In this document: piece after piece, positions 9,281-16,365 of the stretch
How the letters are laid out: the number at the start of each line of letters is the position of its first letter
Numbering within the stretch: position 1 is the first letter of the stretch
DNA from: Erysipelotrichaceae bacterium
GTDB taxonomy: Bacteria; Bacillota_I; Bacilli_A; Erysipelotrichales; Coprobacillaceae
Assembly: GCA_028698185.1 (NCBI GenBank)
Contig: JAQVDW010000003.1
Span: 90,001 to 122,000 of the forward strand
Length of the DNA: 32,000 nucleotides
Reading direction: 5' to 3'
The notes under the pieces: generated by a model
The model's database searches: none
Told to the model about the DNA's origin: nothing
The model's input: the letters and a program-made list of their open reading frames with translations, nothing else
Translations under genes and position numbers: made by a program

Positions 9281-10621
9281 ATGATTAAGTTATTTAACAG
9301 TCTGACTAATCAAAAGGAAGAGTTTAAACCAATCAAGGATGACGAGGTTTCCATCTACGTCTGTGGACCTACGGTCTACAATTATGTCCATATTGGAAAT
9401 ACGCGACCGATGATTGTCTTTGATGTCCTGAGAAGGATGTTTGAATATTACGGGTACAATGTTGTTTTCGTATCGAATTTCACCGATGTCGATGATAAAA
9501 TAATCGCCGGGGCGAAAAATGAAGGAATCAGTGAGAAGGAGTTGGCCGAAAAATACATAGCGGCCTACAACGAAGTACGCGAGGCATTGAATCTGGAATT
9601 CCCTACCTATGCGCCTAGAGTGACTGAAAACATGGATCAGATAATCGGTTTTATCCAGGAGCTGATCGATCTAGGTTATGGCTATGTCAGTGATGGTGAT
9701 GTCTACTTCCGGGTAGGCAAAGTCGATGATTACGGCCAACTATCAAAAATCCAGCTTGATGATCTTATTGCCGGTGCGAGCAATCGGGTTGACAATGACG
9801 AACATAAGGAGTCGCCAACCGATTTTGCCCTTTGGAAAAAGACCGATGAAGGTCTCAATTATGATTCCCCATGGTCAAAGGGCCGTCCGGGATGGCACAG
9901 CGAGTGTGTGGTCATGATCAATGATATATTTGATGAAGGCAAGATCGACATCCATGGCGGGGGGATGGATTTGAAATTCCCGCATCATGAAAATGAAATC
10001 GCCCAGTCAATGGCGCTCCACCATCACCCGATTGCCCATACCTGGATGCATAACCAGATGATCAACATCAACAACGAGAAGATGTCCAAGTCCAAGGGCA
10101 ATGTGTTGTGGGCCAAGGACCTGGTCAAGCAATTGGGCTGCAATGTCTATAAATGGCTGATGCTCTCGAGCCACTACCGCAACCCGTTGAACTTCACTGA
10201 TGAAGTATTGAAAAACATCCAAAAGGAAGTTGCCAAGGTTGAAAATGTGCTTAAAAGCACAAATCTGTTTATCCAGATTCAGGAAGTGGCAAATGCCGAT
10301 TATTGCATGGAAAAAGTCGATGCGATGGTGGGTGCCTTAGCTGATGACCTGAACACTTCGCTGGCATTGACAAAAATTCTGGATGTCGTAAAGGAACTCA
10401 ATACGGCAACGCGCCAGAAGGAAGTCGACAAAGACGAGGTCGCGAAATTGTTCAATACGCTTATTAAGATGCTTGAAACTCTAGGGTTCAAAATTGACCT
10501 GGTCAAGCTGACAAGCGAAGACAAGGACCTTTTCAGACGATGGAATGAAGCTAAAGCCATCAAGGATTTCGAAACAGCGGACAAACTGCGCATGACACTG
10601 TCTAAGCGTGGGGTTATCTGA
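9281..10621 (+). CDS. cysS: Cysteine--tRNA ligase
   Basis: Class I motifs HIGN (YNYVHIGNTRP) and KMSKSKGN, plus WHSECV. Confidence 0.95.
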   Translation: MIKLFNSLTNQKEEFKPIKDDEVSIYVCGPTVYNYVHIGNTRPMIVFDVLRRMFEYYGYNVVFVSNFTDVDDKIIAGAKNEGISEKELAEKYIAAYNEVREALNLEFPTYAPRVTENMDQIIGFIQELIDLGYGYVSDGDVYFRVGKVDDYGQLSKIQLDDLIAGASNRVDNDEHKESPTDFALWKKTDEGLNYDSPWSKGRPGWHSECVVMINDIFDEGKIDIHGGGMDLKFPHHENEIAQSMALHHHPIAHTWMHNQMININNEKMSKSKGNVLWAKDLVKQLGCNVYKWLMLSSHYRNPLNFTDEVLKNIQKEVAKVENVLKSTNLFIQIQEVANADYCMEKVDAMVGALADDLNTSLALTKILDVVKELNTATRQKEVDKDEVAKLFNTLIKMLETLGFKIDLVKLTSEDKDLFRRWNEAKAIKDFETADKLRMTLSKRGVI

Positions 10622-11010
10622 TGGATCACAGTTTGAAAAATCCGTTGGTTTTGGCATACCTGGGAGACAGCGTGCTTGAAATGCATGTTCGGATGCACCT
10701 GATTGAAACTTTGAAAATCGGGAAAGTCAACCAGATGAACAAGATGGCGCTTGATTATGTATCGGCAGCTGCTCAACAGGATTTTGTGGCCCACCTGCTG
10801 GCCCATGATGTACTGGAGCCTTTGGAAAAGCAATTGTATTTGCGGGGGCGCAACCACAAGGAATCCCGTTCGAAAAAAAGCAACCATCATCATTCGACCG
10901 GTTTTGAAGCCATTCTTGGCTATCATCATCTATGCGACAATCAACAGCGGATTGAAGAGATAATGGAGCTTTACTATCAGTACAATGACACTAAATTGAG
11001 ACAAATATGA
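10621..11010 (+). CDS. mrnC: Mini-ribonuclease 3
   Basis: 129 aa. LAYLGDSVLEMHVR (RNase III-like signature). Conserved position after cysS, as for B. subtilis yazC. TGATG overlap. Confidence 0.85.
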   Translation: MDHSLKNPLVLAYLGDSVLEMHVRMHLIETLKIGKVNQMNKMALDYVSAAAQQDFVAHLLAHDVLEPLEKQLYLRGRNHKESRSKKSNHHHSTGFEAILGYHHLCDNQQRIEEIMELYYQYNDTKLRQI

Positions 11011-11030
11011 TAAATTATTAAGGAAATGTT

Positions 11031-11747
11031 ATGAGACAATATATATATGGAAAAAACACTGTTGTGGAAGCGCTTAAATCAGGTGGGGTTACCAAGGTGT
11101 TTTTGGCGAATAATGATGAAACTATAAGCAAACTCTGCCAACAAAACAAGATCAAAGTCGAGCCAATCACCAAGGACGGCGCATTCAAGATGGTCGGCAA
11201 GGTGAATCATCAAGGTGTCATCGCACAAGGAAAGGAATACAATCTTTCCAGTGTCGAGGAGATTGTGGCTATTGGCAAAAAGAAACAATATCCGCTTATA
11301 GTCATGCTTGATGGTCTTGAGGATCCCCATAATCTTGGAGCAATCCTGAGATCTTGTGACGCGTTGAATGTCGATGGCGTCATTATCGGAAAGAACCGCT
11401 CGGTCGGGTTGAACGCAACTGTGGCTAAGGTGTCAACCGGGGCGATCGATCATGTCAAGGTGGCTGCGGTCACGAACCTGTCGCGCACCCTTGAGGAACT
11501 AAAAAAGATCGGATATTGGGTTGTCGGACTGGACTTACATGATTCTGTCGACTACCGCAAGGTAGATTACAAGATGCCTTGTGTCCTGGTGGTCGGATCC
11601 GAAGGGAAGGGAATATCCCGTTTGGTCAAAAAAAGCTGCGACCATAGCGTGGTCCTGCCGATGGTCGGCCATGTCAATTCTCTAAACGCATCGGTAGCTA
11701 CGGCCGTGATGCTCTATCAGGTACATAATTCTCGAAATCCGATTTAA
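11031..11747 (+). CDS. rlmB: 23S rRNA (guanosine-2'-O)-methyltransferase, TrmH/SpoU family (RlmB/YacO)
   Basis: N-terminal substrate-binding domain (IYGKNTVVEAL), SpoU motifs DPHNLGAILRS, VVGSEGKGIS and SLNASVA. Synteny after mrnC. Confidence 0.88.
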   Translation: MRQYIYGKNTVVEALKSGGVTKVFLANNDETISKLCQQNKIKVEPITKDGAFKMVGKVNHQGVIAQGKEYNLSSVEEIVAIGKKKQYPLIVMLDGLEDPHNLGAILRSCDALNVDGVIIGKNRSVGLNATVAKVSTGAIDHVKVAAVTNLSRTLEELKKIGYWVVGLDLHDSVDYRKVDYKMPCVLVVGSEGKGISRLVKKSCDHSVVLPMVGHVNSLNASVATAVMLYQVHNSRNPI

Positions 11748-11845
11748 TTATCGGCAATCTTATCAAATTCCATTGCCAGTCAGGAGTCCTGTCATCAAGA
11801 CGGAACTAATTAGTAAGTATTGATTACCAAATAAAAAAGGAAAGA

Positions 11846-11873
11846 GAAGATATCCAAAAAGGGTGATATCTTC
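11846..11873 (+). promoter_or_regulatory. Perfect 9-bp inverted repeat abutting the SD of the sigH-like gene
   Basis: GAAGATATC (11846-11854), 10 nt, GATATCTTC (11865-11873). The AAGAGGA SD starts at 11874. No T-run follows. Confidence 0.6.
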
Positions 11874-11886
11874 AAGAGGAAATGAA

Positions 11887-12480
11887 ATGAACTACTCGCT
11901 CGAAGAACTTTTATATTTATCGAATCAAGGTTGTATCTATGCTCGAGATGCATTCCACAAGGAGGTCTTGAAACTTATTGAAAGCTTGTACCGTCTGGAG
12001 GCTCTTCAAAGCACAGTTTTCAAAAACAAGAGTTACAACGATTCGATCAATGTCGACATCAATGCGATAATCAAGGCTGCGCATGGTTATCGTGATGACC
12101 GCAATTGCAGGTTGAAAACATATCTTTCGCGAGTGATTTCAAACAAAATCAAAACCTCTTTCCAAAAAGACATCAAAGCAAAAAAAGGGATGAGCAAATA
12201 CGACTATGACGATCTTGCGCAGTTTGTGCATCAAGGAGTTGTTTGTGCGCCTCAAAAGATTTACGAGCCCGACTACTATGTCGATATTATCAGTCAAATT
12301 CAAGAGGCACTGAAATACGCCAATATTAGCTTGTCGAAAACAGAGAACCGGATTCTGTGGCTTAAAGTTTTCGGATACGATATCGCCGAGATAGCCAAGG
12401 ATTTGAACAAGCCGGTAAAAGCTGTCTACAACGGGTTGGACCGAATCAAGCAAAAAATGAAGCTTATCAAAAAAGTTTGA
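11887..12480 (+). CDS. sigH: Divergent SigH/ComX-like alternative sigma-70 family factor
   Basis: Occupies the rlmB to rpmG-secE-nusG position held by sigH in Bacillus. Region 4 HTH LSKTENRILWLKVFGYDIAEIAKDLNKPVKAVYNGLDRIKQKM parallels B. subtilis SigH. Region 2 is strongly diverged. ATG 11887 with AGAGGA RBS. Confidence 0.6.
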   Translation: MNYSLEELLYLSNQGCIYARDAFHKEVLKLIESLYRLEALQSTVFKNKSYNDSINVDINAIIKAAHGYRDDRNCRLKTYLSRVISNKIKTSFQKDIKAKKGMSKYDYDDLAQFVHQGVVCAPQKIYEPDYYVDIISQIQEALKYANISLSKTENRILWLKVFGYDIAEIAKDLNKPVKAVYNGLDRIKQKMKLIKKV

Positions 12481-12530
12481 CGGATAGGCGATTTTATGAT
12501 AACCTAGTCTAAGTTAGAAAGAGTGATAAA

Positions 12531-12680
12531 ATGAAAGAAAAAGTTATTTTGGTGTGCAGCGAGTGTCTTTCCCGCAACTACACCATAACTAAAAACAAAA
12601 GAGTCAATGTCGAGAGACTGGAACTCCGCAAATATTGCAAAAAATGCGGTAAACATACGGTACACCGCGAAACCAAGTAG
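12531..12680 (+). CDS. rpmG: 50S ribosomal protein L33 (zinc-ribbon, four-Cys form)
   Basis: Not in the ORF track (49 aa). [49 protein letters not shown], with CxxC...CxxC. Conserved position before secE. Confidence 0.9.
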   Translation: MKEKVILVCSECLSRNYTITKNKRVNVERLELRKYCKKCGKHTVHRETK

Positions 12681-12689
12681 GAGAGAACT

Positions 12690-12878
12690 ATGAAAATTCG
12701 TGAATGGTTTAAGATCAAGGAAATCAGGACACAAATCAAAAAGATTCATTGGTTGGAAAAAGACAAATTGGTTAAGAATTCGGGAATTGTAATCGGGTTT
12801 ACTTTTCTAATGGGTTTGTTTTTCTACGCCAGTGATGGGATTATTGTAATAATATTTAAGATGTTGGGGTTAAGTTAA
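12690..12878 (+). CDS. secE: Preprotein translocase subunit SecE
   Basis: 62 aa, basic N-terminus (EIRTQIKKIHW) and a single C-terminal TM helix. Synteny rpmG-secE-nusG. Confidence 0.85.
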   Translation: MKIREWFKIKEIRTQIKKIHWLEKDKLVKNSGIVIGFTFLMGLFFYASDGIIVIIFKMLGLS

Positions 12879-12879
12879 T

Positions 12880-13437
12880 ATGGCAGATATGAATGATGAA
12901 GGTAGACAATGGTATGTAGTAAATACATACTCAGGTCACGAATACAAAGTAAAAGAGAATATTGAAAAAAGAATCGAATCTATGGGTCTACAGGATATTC
13001 TTTTTAGAATTGTGGTCCCTGAACATGTGGAAACGGAAGTTAAAGACGGAAAAAAAGTTAATGTTTCCAAAACAATGTTCCCTGGATATGTGTTGGTTGA
13101 GATGGTCATGACTGATGAGGCTTGGTATGTCGTGCGTAATACCCCTGGAGTAACCGGATTTATCGGGTCTTCCGGAGGTGGGGCAAAACCATTCCCGTTG
13201 CAAAAATCGGAATTGGATCCGATCCTAAAAGCGATGAACTTGACACCGACTTCATTTGAGATCAATTTTGTCCAAGGAGATGAAGTTCGCGTTGTTGCCG
13301 GACCGTTGAAAGATAAAGTCGGAAAAGTGGAATCAATCGACAGCGAAAAGGAAATTGCCAAAGTGTTGATCGACATTCTTGGTAACTTGAATATCGCGGA
13401 AATCGAATTGGTCCAACTCGAAAAAGTTGAATATTAA
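12880..13437 (+). CDS. nusG: Transcription termination/antitermination factor NusG
   Basis: WYVVNTYSGHE NGN start, PGYVLVEM, and KOW domain GDEVRVVAGPLKDKVGKV. Confidence 0.95.
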   Translation: MADMNDEGRQWYVVNTYSGHEYKVKENIEKRIESMGLQDILFRIVVPEHVETEVKDGKKVNVSKTMFPGYVLVEMVMTDEAWYVVRNTPGVTGFIGSSGGGAKPFPLQKSELDPILKAMNLTPTSFEINFVQGDEVRVVAGPLKDKVGKVESIDSEKEIAKVLIDILGNLNIAEIELVQLEKVEY

Positions 13438-13444
13438 CAAGCAG

Positions 13445-13480
13445 GTCAATCTCTAAGGGGTTGGCTTTTTTTGTTTTTTT
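13445..13480 (+). terminator. Probable intrinsic terminator after nusG
   Basis: GTCAATC/GGTTGGC stem (two G-U pairs), 7-nt loop, then T7-G-T7. Confidence 0.5.
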
Positions 13481-13721
13481 GCAAACTCACAAACTGTAAC
13501 AAAGTCAGGTTGGCATAATGGAAAGGAAACTATAAATGATAAAAATGTTACAATGATGCAAAAAATCACACAATTACCATAATTGCTTGAAACCCACTGG
13601 CCGCGGTGTTTTGGGGTGGGTGAAACTGAAAATATCCGATTAAATGCCCTTTTTTTTGGTGTTGGGGTTGCTTTAATTTTTTGTTTATTGTAAAATTAGC
13701 TTTGAACTTTGGAGGTTTAAT

Positions 13722-15128
13722 ATGTATAAATTAAAACATATCAAAGAATCAATTATCGCAAACATCAAAGAACGCAAGGCGATGTTCATCCCTGTAGTTG
13801 CCGTTGCTTCATTCGCTTTGGTGGGGTATGCTGCGGTTGACCGCGAAGCTCCGGTAATCGATTCTAACAATATTGAATTAGTTTACGGCCAAGAATTTTC
13901 GACAGATTTAGTTGAAGTAAGTGACAATCATGACATCCGATCTGAATTGGATATCATTGCCGATACAAGCTCATTAAATATTAATCAATTAGGTGAATAT
14001 ACGATCAGGGTGACTGCAACCGATCAGTTCCAAAATACGGTCACCAAAAATGTCCTTGTCAATGTAGTTGACAAAGAGGCGCCGGATCTACAAATCATTG
14101 GCAGTCAAGTAGGTTATATGATTGAGGTTCCTGTAAAAGGATCTACAAACATTTCCGATTACATAACAGCCACCGACAATGTCGACGGCGATGTTACTCC
14201 GTTTATCGAACAATCGGCCCAATTGAGTACCGATGAATTAGGATTGCAGACAATCACTGTCAAAGTGGGTGACAGCTCAGGAAACATGACTGACGAGACA
14301 TTCTACTTCAATGTATTGGACACACAAGCTCCAGTAGCTACCTTGTCCAAGGGTGATGCGATCACGTTGAATTATGGCGAAAGCTTTGATTTGAATAAAT
14401 ATCTGACTTACAAAGACAACTTCGATGAAAAGGTGGAAGTTGCTGTTGAGGGAAGTGTCGACACCAAAAATGAAAACGCGACACAGGAACTTACGGTTAC
14501 CGCTACGGATACTTCAGGGAATCAGACCGTAAATGTCCTGACATTCAGTGTCAAGGATACGGCTGCTCCGGAAATCAAATTGTCTAAATCGAGTGTTGAT
14601 ATCCTGACTGGTGCAAGCATCAATCCTAAGTCATATCTGACAAGCGCAATCGACAACAAGGACGGCGACTTGACTGGCAAGGTTGAGATTTCAAGCATCG
14701 ATACCAGCACTGCGGGTAAAAAGACCGTTACCTATACTGTTACTGATAGCGAAGGCAACAAGGCTCAGGCGACATTGAAGGTAAATGTATCTTCGATGGG
14801 AAGCAAGATTCTTGCCACGGCAGCGACCAAACTGGGAACCCCTTATGTTTGGGGCGCGACCGGGCCGAATTCATTCGACTGTTCTGGTTTCACGCAATGG
14901 GTTTACCGCCAGGTAGGAATTTCGATTCCTAGAACGTCATCGGCCCAGATGTCGGCGGGAACAAAGGTGTCTGTATCCCAGGCACGTCCAGGTGACTTGT
15001 TATGGCGTTCAGGCCATATTGCCATCTATGTCGGTGGAAACACCTATATTCACGCGCCTCATACTGGAGATGTTGTTCGTTATGCCACAGGCGTAAGTAG
15101 CTTCACATACGCTATTAGATTTTATTAA
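13722..15128 (+). CDS. Membrane-anchored NlpC/P60 peptidoglycan endopeptidase with four Ig-like (DUF5011-type) repeats
   Basis: N-terminal TM anchor. Four modules of about 85 aa start at DREAPVI, DKEAPDL, DTQAPVA and DTAAPEI. C-terminal NlpC/P60 domain: GTPYVWGATGPNSFDCSGF (catalytic Cys), GHIAIYVG and IHAPHTGD. Confidence 0.85.
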   Translation: MYKLKHIKESIIANIKERKAMFIPVVAVASFALVGYAAVDREAPVIDSNNIELVYGQEFSTDLVEVSDNHDIRSELDIIADTSSLNINQLGEYTIRVTATDQFQNTVTKNVLVNVVDKEAPDLQIIGSQVGYMIEVPVKGSTNISDYITATDNVDGDVTPFIEQSAQLSTDELGLQTITVKVGDSSGNMTDETFYFNVLDTQAPVATLSKGDAITLNYGESFDLNKYLTYKDNFDEKVEVAVEGSVDTKNENATQELTVTATDTSGNQTVNVLTFSVKDTAAPEIKLSKSSVDILTGASINPKSYLTSAIDNKDGDLTGKVEISSIDTSTAGKKTVTYTVTDSEGNKAQATLKVNVSSMGSKILATAATKLGTPYVWGATGPNSFDCSGFTQWVYRQVGISIPRTSSAQMSAGTKVSVSQARPGDLLWRSGHIAIYVGGNTYIHAPHTGDVVRYATGVSSFTYAIRFY

Positions 15129-15130
15129 AC

Positions 15131-15158
15131 AAAAAGAGATTTGATATCTCTTTTTTTT
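15131..15158 (+). terminator. Intrinsic terminator after the NlpC/P60 gene
   Basis: AAAAAGAGAT/ATCTCTTTTT stem, 5-nt loop, T-run to 15158. Confidence 0.8.
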
Positions 15159-15171
15159 ACGGAGGAAAATG

Positions 15172-15966
15172 ATGAATCAAAAATATTTTTTCTTTGATAT
15201 CGACGGGACTCTGGTGGATTTCAATGCTGGGATTGACAGGATCACACCAAAAACAATCGAGGCATTGAACGAGCTTAAAAACCGCAGCCACCAGCTTCTT
15301 GTGGCCACTGGTCGGAGTATTTGCTTCATCCCTGATTTTGTCAAAGAATATGACTTCAATGGATTTGTAACCTGTAATGGAGCTTATGTCGAATTGCACG
15401 GTAAATCCTTGTACAAGGCGGTAATCCACCAAGAAGCAATCCGGGAAGTAATGACTTTTTGTGAAAATACCCGGAGCAATTATTACTTCGAGTCGCGTGA
15501 TGCCATCTATATCAGGGATGCCAGTGATCCGATGCATCAGAAGTTCATCAGGGAATGGTCGATGGATGCCAGAATATGTATCGACCGGTTCGACTACGAC
15601 CGGATTGAGACTTATATCGGTATGCTGGTGTGCCAGACTCCGGAAGTGCTAGAACAGGCGGCCCAGTGTCTTGGTAAATATTTTGACGTCCAGCCTCACG
15701 TCCACGGATGTTCATGTGACCTGACATTGAAAGGGGAATCCAAAGGCAAGGGGATAGAGATGCTCTGCGCCCATTTGAATGTGGATATAACCAATACTGT
15801 TGCTTTTGGCGACGCCCATAACGATTACGAGATGATTTCCAATGTTGGCCTGGGAATCGTCATGGGAAACGGTGTCAAAGAGCTTAAGAAAATCGGTGAC
15901 TACACTACCCTATCCGTGCGCGATGAAGGAATTTTTCACGCATTGAAGGACTGCAAATTCATCTAG
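15172..15966 (+). CDS. Cof-type HAD-IIB phosphatase
   Basis: FFFDIDGTLVD, ATGRS and AFGDAHNDYEM. GGAGG at 15161-15165 favours ATG 15172. The in-frame ATG 15169 is only 3 nt from the SD. Confidence 0.8.
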   Translation: MNQKYFFFDIDGTLVDFNAGIDRITPKTIEALNELKNRSHQLLVATGRSICFIPDFVKEYDFNGFVTCNGAYVELHGKSLYKAVIHQEAIREVMTFCENTRSNYYFESRDAIYIRDASDPMHQKFIREWSMDARICIDRFDYDRIETYIGMLVCQTPEVLEQAAQCLGKYFDVQPHVHGCSCDLTLKGESKGKGIEMLCAHLNVDITNTVAFGDAHNDYEMISNVGLGIVMGNGVKELKKIGDYTTLSVRDEGIFHALKDCKFI

Positions 15967-16024
15967 AACTTGAATATTTTAGCCGATGTGATAATATATC
16001 ACTAGAGGATATTTGCGAGAATAA

Positions 16025-16055
16025 GACCGTGTCAATATTTATTCGCGGTTTTTTT
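16025..16055 (+). terminator. First of two tandem terminator-like hairpins downstream of the HAD gene
   Basis: ACCGTG/CGCGGT stem (one G-U pair), 13-nt loop, T7. Confidence 0.45.
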
Positions 16056-16056
16056 G

Positions 16057-16096
16057 AAAAGACCATGAAACGCTTTGTGCATGTGGTCTTTTTTTG
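16057..16096 (+). terminator. Second tandem terminator
   Basis: AAAAGACCA/TGGTCTTTT stem, 18-nt loop, T-run to 16096. Confidence 0.65.
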
Positions 16097-16241
16097 TTTT
16101 CATCAGGCATGCAAGTTCATGAGAAAGGAGGCACTGATTGGGGGTGGCTCGCTTGAAAAAAACACCGCAATGATGGCTGTTATTTGAATTTTTAATTGGG
16201 ATTTTCACTAATCCCGAAGTGCTGATTTTGGGGAATTCGCA

Positions 16242-16256
16242 ATGAAAACGTTACCA
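16242..16256 (+). promoter_or_regulatory. cre (CcpA) site upstream of the adhE promoter
   Basis: ATGAAAACGTTACCA fits WTGNAANCGNWNNCW at every specified position. Centred about 45 bp upstream of the -35. Confidence 0.55.
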
Positions 16257-16263
16257 TTGAAAC

Positions 16264-16283
16264 TTTGTGAAATTATTTGCGAA
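16264..16283 (+). promoter_or_regulatory. Rex-like (NADH/NAD+ redox repressor) operator
   Basis: TTTGTGAAATTATTTGCGAA matches 13 of 14 specified positions of the B. subtilis Rex consensus as I recall it (WWTGTGAANTNNTNNNCAAW). Ends 6 nt before the -35. adhE is a classical Rex target in Bacillota. Confidence 0.45.
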
Positions 16284-16289
16284 TAATGC

Positions 16290-16318
16290 TTGAAATAAAA
16301 AGGTTAACCATGTATACT
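16290..16318 (+). promoter_or_regulatory. adhE promoter
   Basis: TTGAAA (16290-16295), 17-nt spacer, TATACT (16313-16318). Confidence 0.6.
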
Positions 16319-16365
16319 AGCGTTGTAAATTAAATATTTCACAAATAAATTGGAGGAAGAAATTA

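Noticed and set aside
10300-10929. 209-aa ORF antisense to the cysS/mrnC junction
   Set aside because: It overlaps two well-supported genes and has no recognisable domain or start context.
12936-13376. 146-aa ORF antisense to nusG
   Set aside because: It lies inside a universally conserved gene and looks like an antisense-frame artefact.
13590-13660. Possible ydaO/c-di-AMP riboswitch upstream of the NlpC/P60 gene (ACCCA...hairpin...GGGGUGGGUGAAAC resembles ACCCA...GGGGUGAAUC)
   Set aside because: The second pseudo-symmetric half is absent (GUAGGG, CCCGA-CCGA, GCUAAC as I recall them), and the leader is too short for the full fold. I kept it only as an unclassified structured leader. A cmsearch would settle it.
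16338-16344. Second Rex site in the adhE 5' UTR
   Set aside because: Only one half-site (TTCACAA) is present. The partner half is A/T filler, and the full consensus fails at the CAA positions.
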